This document shows positions 21,652 through 31,926 of a stretch of 64,000 nt of DNA, piece by piece (position 1 is the first letter of the stretch; every line of letters starts with the position of its first letter). Below the pieces are notes generated by a model. The model did no database searches, was not told the DNA's origin, and saw only the letters and a list, made by a program, of their open reading frames with translations. The stretch comes from Desulfobacterales bacterium (GTDB lineage Bacteria > Desulfobacterota > Desulfobacteria > Desulfobacterales > UBA5852): assembly GCA_963674755.2 (NCBI GenBank), contig CAXXVS010000003.1, positions 1,760,001 through 1,824,000 on the forward strand, written 5' to 3'. The translations under genes were made by a program, and so were the position numbers.

Positions 21652-24600
21652 TCAGGCCCCGGCGGCCGGCCTCCGGGCGGCATGGTCCTGGGCCAGGAGC
21701 ATGTACATGGCCGGCACCACAAAGAGGGTAAAGAGCGTGCCGATGGAAAGGCCGGTCATGATCACCAGACCCATGTTGAAACGGCCCACCGCCCCGGCGC
21801 CGGTGGCCAATACCAGCGGCAGCACCCCCAGGACCATGGCGGCCGTGGTCATCAGGATCGGCCGCAGACGGATGGCGGCCGCGGTTTGGATGGCTTCCCG
21901 TTTCGACTTCCCTTCGGCCTGCAGGTCGTTGGCGAACTGCACGATGAGGATGCCGTGCTTGCTGATCAGACCGATCAGGGTCACCAGGCCCACTTCGGTA
22001 TAGATGTTGAGGGTGGCGCCGCCGATGCCCAGACTGATGAAGATCATGGCGCCGCAGATGGACATGGGAACGCTGACCAGGATGATCAGGGGATCGCGAA
22101 AGCTTTCAAAGAGCGCCGCCAGCGCCAGGAAGATGATGATCAGCGCGAAGAAAAAGGTCACCATCAGCTGGCTCGATTCGTGTTCGAATTGCCGGGACTG
22201 GCCGCTGTAGTCGATGCTGTAGCCCTGGGGCAGCTCCCGGGCGGCCAGGGTCTTGAGGGTGTCCAGGGCCTGGCCCAGGGTGACGCCCGGCATGGGGACG
22301 GCCGAAATCGTGGCCGCGTTGAGCTGCTGGAAATGGTTGAGGGACTCCGGAACGACTTCGGTCTGCAGGCTCACGACGGTCGACATGGGGACAGCGACGC
22401 CGCTGGCGGTACGGATATAGTAGTCCCGGAGCTGGTCGGGGTTGAGCCGGTAGCGCTGCATCACCTGGGGGATCACTTTGTAGGACCGGCCCGCGAGGCT
22501 GAAATAGTTCACGTAGCCGCCGCCCAGCATCGATCCCAGGGCGCTGCCCACGTCCCTCATGGTCAACCCCATCTGGGAGGCCCGGTTGCGGTGGATCTTG
22601 ACCGTCACCTGGGGTTTGTCGATTTTCAGATCGCTGTCCAGATAGGCGAACATGCCGCTGGCCCGGGCCTTGGCCATCACGGCCTGGGCCACTTTGTTGA
22701 GCTGGGCGAAGTCGTCGGTGGTGCCGATGACAAACTGCACCGGCAGCCCCCGGCCCCCGCCCGGCAGGGGCGGCCTTTGAAACGCCACGGCGCGCACCCC
22801 GGCCAGGCCGTTGAGCTCCTGCTGCACCTTGGGCTGGATCTGCATGGCGGTGGCCCGGCGTTCGTCCCAGGGTTTGAGCACCATGCCGGCGATGCCCGAA
22901 TTGAGACCGCTGATGCCGTCGAGCTGAAAGACGTGGTCGGTCTGACGAAAACCGGCAAAAATCTTGTAGACCTGGCGGGTGAAAAGCTGGGTCTGCTCCA
23001 GGGTGGCATCGGGCGCAGCGGTCACCATGGCGATAATGACCCCCTGGTCCTCCTGGGGCGCCAACTCGCTGCGCGAAGAGGTATAGAGGAAGTAGATGCT
23101 GACCAGCACGATCGAGGCGAATACGGCCACCACCGGGAGGGCATCCAGCGCGCCGTGCAGCAGGCCTTCGTAGGTGCGGCGCACCCGCTCGAACCCCCGG
23201 TCGACCAGGTGCATGAAGCGGTGCCGGTGGCGCTTGTCGTCGGGCTTCAAAAAGCGGGAGCACATCATGGGCGAGAGGGTCAGCGCAATCACCGCCGATA
23301 CGGTCACCGCCCCGGCCAGGGAGAAGGCGAACTCGGTGAACAGCGCGCCGGTCAGGCCGCCCATGAACCCGATGGGCACGTAGACCGCCACCAGCACCAC
23401 CGTCATGGCGATAATCGGGCCGGCCAGCTCCCGGGCGCCCAGCACGGCCGCCCGCACCGGGGCGATGCCCTCCTCCATGTGGCGATGGACGTTTTCCACG
23501 ACGATGATCGCATCGTCCACCACCAGGCCGATGGCCAGCACCAGGGCCAGCAGGGTCAGCAGGTTGATGGTATAGCCCAGGATCAGCATGATGAAAAAGG
23601 TGCCGATCAGGGAGAGCGGGATGGCGATCACCGGGATGATCACCGTCCGCACCGAGGCCAGGAAGAGGAAGATCACCAGGGTCACGATCAGGAGCGCCTC
23701 CACCAGGGTGGCGATCACCTCGTGGATGGAGCTGTTCACATACTTGGTGGCATCGTAGACGATGCGCCCGTTGAGGCCGCCGGGCAGTTGGCTGGCGATG
23801 GCCGGAAAGACCCGGCGGACGTTGTCGACGACGGTGATCAGGTTGGCGTTGGGCGTGACCTTGATCCCGATATAGACCGCCCGGCGCCCGTCGAAGGCCA
23901 CGGAGGTGCTGTAGGTTTCCGATCCCAGGGAGACGTTGGCGATATCTCCCAGACGGATGATGGCGCCCTTGCGGGAGGCCACGACCAGGTCGCGGAACTC
24001 GTCCACCGAATGCAGCCCCGTGTCGGCCGTGAGATTCAGGGTCACCATCTGGCCCTTGGTCCGCCCCAGGGCGGAGATGAAGTCGTTGGCGGCCAGGGCA
24101 TTGCTCACGTCGCTGCCGGTCAGACCGTAGGCCGCCATTTTTTGCGGGTCGAGCCAGGCCCGCAAGGCGAACTGGCGGGCCCCCAGGATTTCGGCGGTCT
24201 GCACCCCGGCGATGGTCTGGAGCTTGGGCTGGACGACCCGGATCAGATAGTCGGTGATCCGGTTGGCGGGCAGGTCCTCGCTATAGAAGCCGATGTACAT
24301 CGAATCGATGGTTTCCCCGACCGAAACGCTGATCACCGGCTGTTGGGACTCCCGGGGCAGCTGGTTCAGGACCGCGTTGACCTTGGTGTTGATTTCGGTC
24401 AGGGCCTGGTTGGCGTCATAGTTCAAGCGCAGGTAGGCCTGGATGGTGCTCATGCTCTGGGTGCTGGAGGAGCTGAGGTAGTCGATTCCGTCGGCCTGGG
24501 CGATGGAGTTTTCCAGCGGGGTGGTGATGAAGCCGGATACCAGGGCCGGATCGGCCCCGGTGTAGACGGTGGCGACGGTGACCACGGCGTTCTGGGTTTC

Positions 24601-24729
24601 GGGAAACTCGCGCACCCGCAGCAGGCCCAGGGCGCGCAGGCCCAGCACCAAGATGAGCAGACTGACCACCGTGGCCAGCACGGGGCGCTGAACGAAGATA
24701 TCGGTGAAACGGTTGCGTTCGGTTGTCAT
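21652..24729 (-). CDS. RND efflux permease (AcrB family)
   Basis: RPVLATV, IGLVVDDAIIVVEN, LSPMMCS, RLRPILMTT; 1025 aa. Confidence 0.95.
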   Translation of the reverse strand: MTTERNRFTDIFVQRPVLATVVSLLILVLGLRALGLLRVREFPETQNAVVTVATVYTGADPALVSGFITTPLENSIAQADGIDYLSSSSTQSMSTIQAYLRLNYDANQALTEINTKVNAVLNQLPRESQQPVISVSVGETIDSMYIGFYSEDLPANRITDYLIRVVQPKLQTIAGVQTAEILGARQFALRAWLDPQKMAAYGLTGSDVSNALAANDFISALGRTKGQMVTLNLTADTGLHSVDEFRDLVVASRKGAIIRLGDIANVSLGSETYSTSVAFDGRRAVYIGIKVTPNANLITVVDNVRRVFPAIASQLPGGLNGRIVYDATKYVNSSIHEVIATLVEALLIVTLVIFLFLASVRTVIIPVIAIPLSLIGTFFIMLILGYTINLLTLLALVLAIGLVVDDAIIVVENVHRHMEEGIAPVRAAVLGARELAGPIIAMTVVLVAVYVPIGFMGGLTGALFTEFAFSLAGAVTVSAVIALTLSPMMCSRFLKPDDKRHRHRFMHLVDRGFERVRRTYEGLLHGALDALPVVAVFASIVLVSIYFLYTSSRSELAPQEDQGVIIAMVTAAPDATLEQTQLFTRQVYKIFAGFRQTDHVFQLDGISGLNSGIAGMVLKPWDERRATAMQIQPKVQQELNGLAGVRAVAFQRPPLPGGGRGLPVQFVIGTTDDFAQLNKVAQAVMAKARASGMFAYLDSDLKIDKPQVTVKIHRNRASQMGLTMRDVGSALGSMLGGGYVNYFSLAGRSYKVIPQVMQRYRLNPDQLRDYYIRTASGVAVPMSTVVSLQTEVVPESLNHFQQLNAATISAVPMPGVTLGQALDTLKTLAARELPQGYSIDYSGQSRQFEHESSQLMVTFFFALIIIFLALAALFESFRDPLIILVSVPMSICGAMIFISLGIGGATLNIYTEVGLVTLIGLISKHGILIVQFANDLQAEGKSKREAIQTAAAIRLRPILMTTAAMVLGVLPLVLATGAGAVGRFNMGLVIMTGLSIGTLFTLFVVPAMYMLLAQDHAARRPAAGA

Positions 24730-24730
24730 G

Positions 24731-25852
24731 CTACTGGTCCGCCGGCATGGGAGCCGCGTCGTTGCTGGGTTGAATGGTGTTGTTGACGATGATGCGATCG
24801 CCGCTTTTGAGTTTCATCTGCCCGCTGGTGACGACGGTCTCGCCCGCCTGGATGCCCTTGAGGATGGCCACCTGGTCGCCGCGTTTGGCCCCCACGGTGA
24901 CAAAGATCTGCTTGGCGATCGGAGCGGATTTGTCCTGGGCGCCCGGGGTGACGACAAACACGGTTTCCCCGTAAGGGTTGTAGGTCACGGCGGTCTGGGG
25001 CAGGGTGACCTGGTTGACGGTGCTCCCGGTTGCGATCTGCACGTGGGCGAACATGCCCGGCAACAGCAGATGCCGGGGGTTGTCCTGGGTGGCCTCGATC
25101 TCGATGTTGCGGGTCTGGGGATCGATCTTGGCGTTGATCGCGGTGATGGTGCCCTGGAAGGGCCGGTCCGGATAGCTATCGGTGGTGACGGTCACGGTCT
25201 GGCCGAGCTGGACCTGGGCAATCGCTTGCTGGGGCAGCATGAAATCCACATAGACCGTGTCGATGGCCTGCAGGGTGGCGATCCGGTCGCCGGGGTTGAG
25301 ATATTGGCCGGGGCTGACCGTGCTGATGCCGATACGGCCGCTGAAGGGCGCCTCGATGGTCTTTTTGGCCACGAGCGCGGCCTGGGCATCGGCCTGGGCC
25401 CGCTTGCTCTTGAGATCGGCCTGGGAGACGTCCAGCACGGCCTGGCTGATGGCCTTGACCGCGAACTGCCGGCGGTCGCGTTCGTAGGTGGTGCGGGCCA
25501 GCACGGCCTGGGCCTCCAGCGAGTGCAGCAGGGCCACATCGGCATCGGCGTTGAGCTGGACCAGAAGCTGGCCCTGGCGCACATCGTCGCCGGACTTGAA
25601 GTGGACGGTGCGCACCATGCCGGCGATTTCGGTGGTCACATCGACGCCCTCCAGGGCCCGCACCGTCCCCACGGCGGTGAGGTTGGGCTGCCAGCTTTCC
25701 ATCTTGGCGATGGTGGTGGCGACGGTGACCGGCGGCGCCTGATTGGCGTGCATGGCCTTGGCGATCATATGCGCCACAAAGGCTTTGTACCCGAAAATGC
25801 CGCCGAACAAGAGGCCGACACATCCCAGCATGATCAGCATGCGTTTGGTCAT
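24731..25852 (-). CDS. RND periplasmic adaptor (membrane fusion protein)
   Basis: N-terminal anchor, lipoyl-like GDDVRQGQLL, IEAPFSGRIG, LLPGMF. Confidence 0.93.
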   Translation of the reverse strand: MTKRMLIMLGCVGLLFGGIFGYKAFVAHMIAKAMHANQAPPVTVATTIAKMESWQPNLTAVGTVRALEGVDVTTEIAGMVRTVHFKSGDDVRQGQLLVQLNADADVALLHSLEAQAVLARTTYERDRRQFAVKAISQAVLDVSQADLKSKRAQADAQAALVAKKTIEAPFSGRIGISTVSPGQYLNPGDRIATLQAIDTVYVDFMLPQQAIAQVQLGQTVTVTTDSYPDRPFQGTITAINAKIDPQTRNIEIEATQDNPRHLLLPGMFAHVQIATGSTVNQVTLPQTAVTYNPYGETVFVVTPGAQDKSAPIAKQIFVTVGAKRGDQVAILKGIQAGETVVTSGQMKLKSGDRIIVNNTIQPSNDAAPMPADQ

Positions 25853-25880
25853 GGAATACTCCGTCTGATAGAGCCTGACA

Positions 25881-27398
25881 TTATTTCTTGCCGGCCTCTT
25901 CCTGTTTCACCGGCATGGACGCCGGGCCGGAACCGGCGGCCGGCGGCGATGGGTTCCACCAGCCGCCCCCGAGGGCCTGGAACAGGGCGGCCGAATCCGC
26001 ATAGCGGGCGGCCTGGGCCTGGACCAGGCTGATGCGCGTCTGCTGGTGCTGACGCTGGGCGTTGAGCAGGGAGAGATAGTTCACCGCGCCGAACTGAAAC
26101 TGTTTTTCGGTCAGCTGCAAGGTGTCGCGGGCCGCGATCTCGGCCTGGCTTTGGGCTTCCAGGGTGCGGGCGTCGGAGGCCAGGGCCTGCAGCACGTTGG
26201 CCACCTCGAGGAAGGCCTGCAGCACGGTCTGGCGATACAGGGCGGCGGCCTGGTCATAGGCCGCGACGGCGGCCCGGCGTTCGGCCAGGAGGGTGCCGCC
26301 CTGGAAGAGCGGCTGCGCCAGTCCCGCCCCCAGGTTCCAGAAAATCGTATCGCTGCGGAAGAGATCCTGGGTGCGGGTGCTCGCGGTGCCGTAGCTGCCG
26401 GTCAGGGTGATCTTGGGATACAGATTGGCCGTGGCCACGCCGACCTGGGCGCTGGCCGCATGCAGCAGGGCCTCGGAAGCCCGGATGTCCGGGCGCTGGC
26501 GCACCAGGGCGGACGGCAGGCTGACCGGCAGGTCCTCCGGCAGGGTGAGCGTTTGAATGCTGAATTCAGGCAGTTCCGCGGCACGGTCCGGCAATTGACC
26601 GATCAGGGTCGCCAATTGGTGGCGCGTCTGGTAGAGGGCTTTCTCCAGAGGCGGCAGGGTGGCCCGGGTCTGGGCCAGCTGGGTCTCCTGGGCCAGTACG
26701 TCGGGACGCGAAACGCCGCCCAGCTCGAATTGGCTCTTGACCAGTTCGTAGGCGCGCGCCTGATCCGCCAGAATGTCCCGGGTGGCCTGGAGCTGCGCCC
26801 GCAGGGAGGCTTCCTGGATGGCGCTGGTGACGATATTGGCGGTCAGCGCCAGATAGGTGCCCTCCAACAGGAAGCGCTGATAGTCCACCTGGGACTGCAG
26901 GGCTTCCAGCTCCCGCCGCCCGCCGCCGAAAATGTCCAGCAGATAGGAGACACTGACCGAGGCGTTGTAAAGGTTGAAGGTGGAAGCACCGCTCGACGAC
27001 CCGGAAGAGGCGCCGCTGGTGCGCTGCCGGCGGCCCGCCAGGTCGGCGCCCACACTCGGGAACCAGACCGTGCCGAACTGGGCCCGATAGGTCTCCCGGG
27101 CCCGGCGCAGGGCGGCCTGGGCCGCGCTCACGGTGGGATTCTGGACCAGGGCGCGGCCGATCAAACTGTCCAGGGCTTCGGAATGAAAGATCAGCCACCA
27201 TTGGTGCGGAATTTCTTCGCCCATGGTGAACCGCTGGGCCTGGCCGCCGGCCACGGGGGCGGCCGCCGTTTCCTCCGGCAGGGGGGCGGCGGTATAGGTC
27301 CGGGCGTCCGGCGCCCCGGGGGGCTTGAAATCGGGCCCCACGGCGCAGCCGATCAGCAGCATGCCGACCAGCGCCGTCCACATCATTTTCCAATGCAA
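25881..27398 (-). CDS. Outer-membrane efflux lipoprotein (NodT/OprM family)
   Basis: Lipobox LIGC-AVGPDF, RQRPDIRASE, LFQALGGGW. Confidence 0.93.
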   Translation of the reverse strand: MHWKMMWTALVGMLLIGCAVGPDFKPPGAPDARTYTAAPLPEETAAAPVAGGQAQRFTMGEEIPHQWWLIFHSEALDSLIGRALVQNPTVSAAQAALRRARETYRAQFGTVWFPSVGADLAGRRQRTSGASSGSSSGASTFNLYNASVSVSYLLDIFGGGRRELEALQSQVDYQRFLLEGTYLALTANIVTSAIQEASLRAQLQATRDILADQARAYELVKSQFELGGVSRPDVLAQETQLAQTRATLPPLEKALYQTRHQLATLIGQLPDRAAELPEFSIQTLTLPEDLPVSLPSALVRQRPDIRASEALLHAASAQVGVATANLYPKITLTGSYGTASTRTQDLFRSDTIFWNLGAGLAQPLFQGGTLLAERRAAVAAYDQAAALYRQTVLQAFLEVANVLQALASDARTLEAQSQAEIAARDTLQLTEKQFQFGAVNYLSLLNAQRQHQQTRISLVQAQAARYADSAALFQALGGGWWNPSPPAAGSGPASMPVKQEEAGKK

Positions 27399-27755
27399 CG
27401 ATCGGTCCCCCTTTGCTAAAAAAACCGCCGATTCGTCTGCCGCCGGGCGCCCTGCGTCCGGGCAGATGGGATCGGCTGGGATTGCACAACGATACCCGAT
27501 TCTAACCTAATTTCTATGCATCGACCCGGGCGGACCACAATGGGGGAAAAGCCGTAGTTGCCAAAAAACGATTGCTTATTGTCATGACCCCGGAGGGGAC
27601 CTCCGGCCTGCCGGATTGGGATCTTCCGGCGGGAAGCATTGCCGCCTTGCCAGGAGCCTAAATCTACCAAGTCTGGATGAGTCCTGAATAATTGAAGTGT
27701 CTTTGTCTTTAATTGGAATGAGACGCTGTGAAGGCGGATATGGGCAGGTTTGTTG

Positions 27756-28961
27756 TCAGCGCAGCCCCTGGGCGAGCCGTCGCCCGCGCCATGCTTTGAG
27801 AATAAGGCCCAGCAGCGCCAGGGCCGCGAAGGCCGCTCCCGCGTAGAAGGTGAAGGACGCGCCCAGGCGGTCCCACAGGAGCCCCGCGGCGGCGCTGGCC
27901 AGCAACATGGCGATCCCGCCGACCAGGTTGAAGACGCCAAAGGCCGTGCCGCGCAGATCGGCGGGGGCCGTATCGGCGACCATGGTGGCCAGCAGCCCCT
28001 GGGTAATCCCCATGTGAACGCCCCACAAGGCCACCCCGAGGATGATCGTGAGCCAATGGTCGTTGGCCGCCAGAACCAGGTCGGCGGCGATCAGAACAAG
28101 CAAGCCCATGGACAGCAGCGTGCTGCGGTTCATGCGGTCCGAGAGTTTGCCGAAAGGATAGGCCGATCCCGCATAGAGCAGATTCATGACCACCATCACG
28201 AGCGGCACGTAGGCCACCGGAATACCGCCCTGTTGGGCGCGCAGCACCAGGAACGCTTCACTGAAGCGCGCCAGGGTGAACACCGCGCCGATGCCCACCA
28301 CCCACCAGTAGGCAGCGCTCAGGCGCTTGAGGTTGGCGCGGCGAATCGGATTGGTGCGTTTGGCCCCCGCATGCCGTTCGGGCTCGCGGACCCCGAGCAG
28401 GAGCAGGGCGACGGCCAGCAGCCCCGGGATGACGGCTACCCAGAAGACGGCCCGGAAGTCGTCGGCCCAGAGCAGCATCAGACCCACCGCCAGCAGCGGG
28501 CCGAGGAGGGCCCCCACGGTGTCGAGGGATTGGCGCAGGCCGAAGGCGGCGCCGCGTACCCCGCCGGGGGCCAGATCCGCCACCAGGGCATCCCGCGGGG
28601 CGCCCCGCACCCCTTTGCCGACACGGTCCAGCAGGCGCGCCCCAAGGACGAGGCCGGCGGTCGAAGCGATGGCAAACAAGGGTTTGGTCAGCGCGCCCAG
28701 CGCATAGCCCAGGACCGCCAGGGCCTTGCGCTTGCCCAGATAGTCGCTCAGGGCGCCGGAGAAGACTTTGACAATGAGGGCGGTGGACTCGGCCAGCCCT
28801 TCGATCAGGCCGACCACGAGCGCGCTCGCGCCCAAAACGTCCACCAGGAAGAGCGGGAGCAGGCTGTGGATCATCTCGGAGGAGATGTCCATGAGCATGC
28901 TTACCAGGCCGAGCACCCAGATGCCGGTCGGGATGCGCTTGAACGGGGTGTTTGCCCTCAT
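27756..28961 (-). CDS. MFS transporter
   Basis: DISSEM, GALSDYLGKRK, DRVGKGVRGAPRDAL, about 12 hydrophobic segments. Confidence 0.9.
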   Translation of the reverse strand: MRANTPFKRIPTGIWVLGLVSMLMDISSEMIHSLLPLFLVDVLGASALVVGLIEGLAESTALIVKVFSGALSDYLGKRKALAVLGYALGALTKPLFAIASTAGLVLGARLLDRVGKGVRGAPRDALVADLAPGGVRGAAFGLRQSLDTVGALLGPLLAVGLMLLWADDFRAVFWVAVIPGLLAVALLLLGVREPERHAGAKRTNPIRRANLKRLSAAYWWVVGIGAVFTLARFSEAFLVLRAQQGGIPVAYVPLVMVVMNLLYAGSAYPFGKLSDRMNRSTLLSMGLLVLIAADLVLAANDHWLTIILGVALWGVHMGITQGLLATMVADTAPADLRGTAFGVFNLVGGIAMLLASAAAGLLWDRLGASFTFYAGAAFAALALLGLILKAWRGRRLAQGLR

Positions 28962-29067
28962 AGCCTCAGTCGGACGGGATGGTGATAAAAAAAGCCTGTT
29001 GGTGCTTGATATCCGTTGCCGGATAATCGGTCGGCGAGGCCGGCCGCGTTATTCATCGTCATGTCCT

Positions 29068-30048
29068 CTATGTGGCGAGCAGAAAGGCCGTCGCCGCCAC
29101 CGCGATACCCACCCGGTAATAGCCGAAGAGCGCCAAGCCGTGCCGGGACAGGTAGCGCACCATCCATTTCACGGAGATGACCGCAGCGATGAAAGCCACT
29201 ACCACGCCGATGATCAGTGAATAATGATCGAAGGTTTGCAGCATCAGCTGGCCGTGCTTCAGGGTGTCGTAGGCCGTGGCTGCACCGAGGGTCACGACCC
29301 CCAGCAAAAAGCTGTATTCGACGGCGGCCGTCATGGACAACCCCACCATCAGGCCGCCCACAATGGTGACCAGGCTGCGGCTGACCCCCGGCCACATGGC
29401 GATGCATTGGGCGAAACCGATGATCAGGGCCATCCGCCAGGTCATGTCGTCCAGCAGACGGCCGGGTTGTGGCCCCTGTTGCCGGGCGCGGTTGCGCCAA
29501 CTCACGGCTAATATGGCAAGGCCGCCGAGGAGCCAGGCGACCACAACCGGCCAGGGACCGAAAAGGGCGCTTTTAATGATTTTATTGAACAGCAGGCCCA
29601 GAACAGCGGCCGGCAGGAATCCGGCCGCCACGTTGAACAGCAGCCGGCGGCCGGCGGCATCCCGGCCGATCAGCCCCCGTAAAATCTGTTGGATCCGCCC
29701 GAAATAGAGCCACAGCACGGCGATGATCGCGCCGGCCTGGATGCAGATGGTATAGGCGTCTACGGCTTCCTTGGTTTGCGCCCGCCGGGCGGGCGATTGG
29801 TCAGGACCATCGCCGATCCCCATGATCCTTTCCGTCAGCAGCAGATGCCCGGTGGAGCTCACCGGCAAATATTCCGTGAGCCCCTCGACAACGCCCAAAA
29901 CCACAGCCTGGGTAGTGGTCAGGAGTTTCCGTTCCGCATTTGGCGGTTGGCCCTCAGGCGCGCTTTGGGCGATGGCGGCAAGGAGGCAAACGGAGAGCGG
30001 CAGCAAAGCCGCGATGATTGACCTACGCGATCGTGTTCCAGTGGGCAT
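29068..30048 (-). CDS. uppP: Undecaprenyl-diphosphate phosphatase (UppP/BacA) with an N-terminal extension
   Basis: GVVEGLTEYLPVSSTGH, IQAGAI, PGVSRS, EYSFLL, FGYYR; GGAG SD before ATG 30048. Confidence 0.92.
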   Translation of the reverse strand: MPTGTRSRRSIIAALLPLSVCLLAAIAQSAPEGQPPNAERKLLTTTQAVVLGVVEGLTEYLPVSSTGHLLLTERIMGIGDGPDQSPARRAQTKEAVDAYTICIQAGAIIAVLWLYFGRIQQILRGLIGRDAAGRRLLFNVAAGFLPAAVLGLLFNKIIKSALFGPWPVVVAWLLGGLAILAVSWRNRARQQGPQPGRLLDDMTWRMALIIGFAQCIAMWPGVSRSLVTIVGGLMVGLSMTAAVEYSFLLGVVTLGAATAYDTLKHGQLMLQTFDHYSLIIGVVVAFIAAVISVKWMVRYLSRHGLALFGYYRVGIAVAATAFLLAT

Positions 30049-30103
30049 GATTTCTCCATCGGTCCGAAATGCGCTTTTTCCGCAAATCAAAGGATCTTCC
30101 AGG

Positions 30104-30248
30104 TAGCGTCCATCCATAATGGTAGATTTTGGCTTCTGGCAAGGCCCGAGCGCGTTTTCAACCGGAGGAATAGCAAGCTATTTCGAGGATTGAAAACAAG
30201 CGAGAACGCCGCCAGGGGCCGAAAGATGCCATTTATGGGTGAACACTA
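30104..30248. mobile_element. MITE-like ~145-bp repeat, copy 1
   Basis: Near-identical to 41106-41251; imperfect terminal inverted repeats GCGTCCATCCATAA...TTATGGGTGAACAC with TA on both sides. Confidence 0.75.
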
Positions 30249-30580
30249 AGTATAAGGCTGTGAAGCTTACCGGAACATTCGCACAAGTTTACTTTTTGGT
30301 AAACTTCAGAATCAAACTTGAAAGGATGAAAGGACCACTTAGGCGGGCCTGAACGTCAGAAATATCTGAACGGCAAGCGCTGGTTATCCTGTTAAGGGGG
30401 TGTGCTCGCACGGCTGAAAACCGTATTCCATGGGGTTTTCGGGGTGGGATCATGCCTGTGGTGAGGGGGCGGAGGCCTTGAAAAAGCTCGGCAGGGGAGA
30501 GCCACCGTTCGATGACCCGGGCCGTAAACATAAACTTTAGCCGGCTTCCGTTGCATAGAGGAATACGGTGTTGACGGTAT

Positions 30581-31354
<774 letters not shown>

Positions 31355-31926
31355 GGAGCACGAGGGGGTATATTGCGCGTCAGCGCCTTTGCCGGCGGCC
31401 CCAAAGACGTCCAGGGATGTGCGCTATCCCTGGCAGCCGGTTGTTTCGTGCGGTTGCCATCGGCCGCACCAGCCAAATGGGCGCTTGGCAACGTCCGTGG
31501 CCGGCATGATGCAGCGCCCGCGGGCCGGCACCCGGTCCCGCACGGCCGTGAAGTGCTCCGGTTTCGACGGCGGAATACATGCGGGCGGGTATTGATGTAA
31601 AAACATCGGCTCATTACCTTGGCGGCACGCGATCTTCCAGGTGCCGGCGATGGCCGGGGGTGTGGCAATTCAGGCCGCGGTCTCCCGTCCGGACGTTGCG
31701 AACCATATCTCCATCGGATGGAGCGGCTCCCAGGCGCCGTTCCCGACGGTCATTCAATGGGCCTCCTTCGCCCGCCGCACCGGTCATGATGGTCCGGAGG
31801 GAACATACGCAGTGAATCGCCTTAAGCCTGGATCGACACGCATCCGGCCGCTGATCGTGCCACCGGTTACCTGTCAGCGGGTCGGACAATCGCTGGAAAA
31901 CGACGCCCGGCATGGGCCGCATCGAA

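Noticed and set aside
21601..28985. Long plus-strand ORFs (1061, 442, 457, 411 aa), and similar ones at 37302-40996 and 16930-19215
   Set aside because: Antisense shadows of GC-rich genes with clear family motifs on the other strand; no motifs of their own
31646..31700. GGCGATGG upstream of ClC as a third fluoride riboswitch
   Set aside because: It lacks the following GTTCGCC-like segment and the GCTRATGAC..CTAC 3' half
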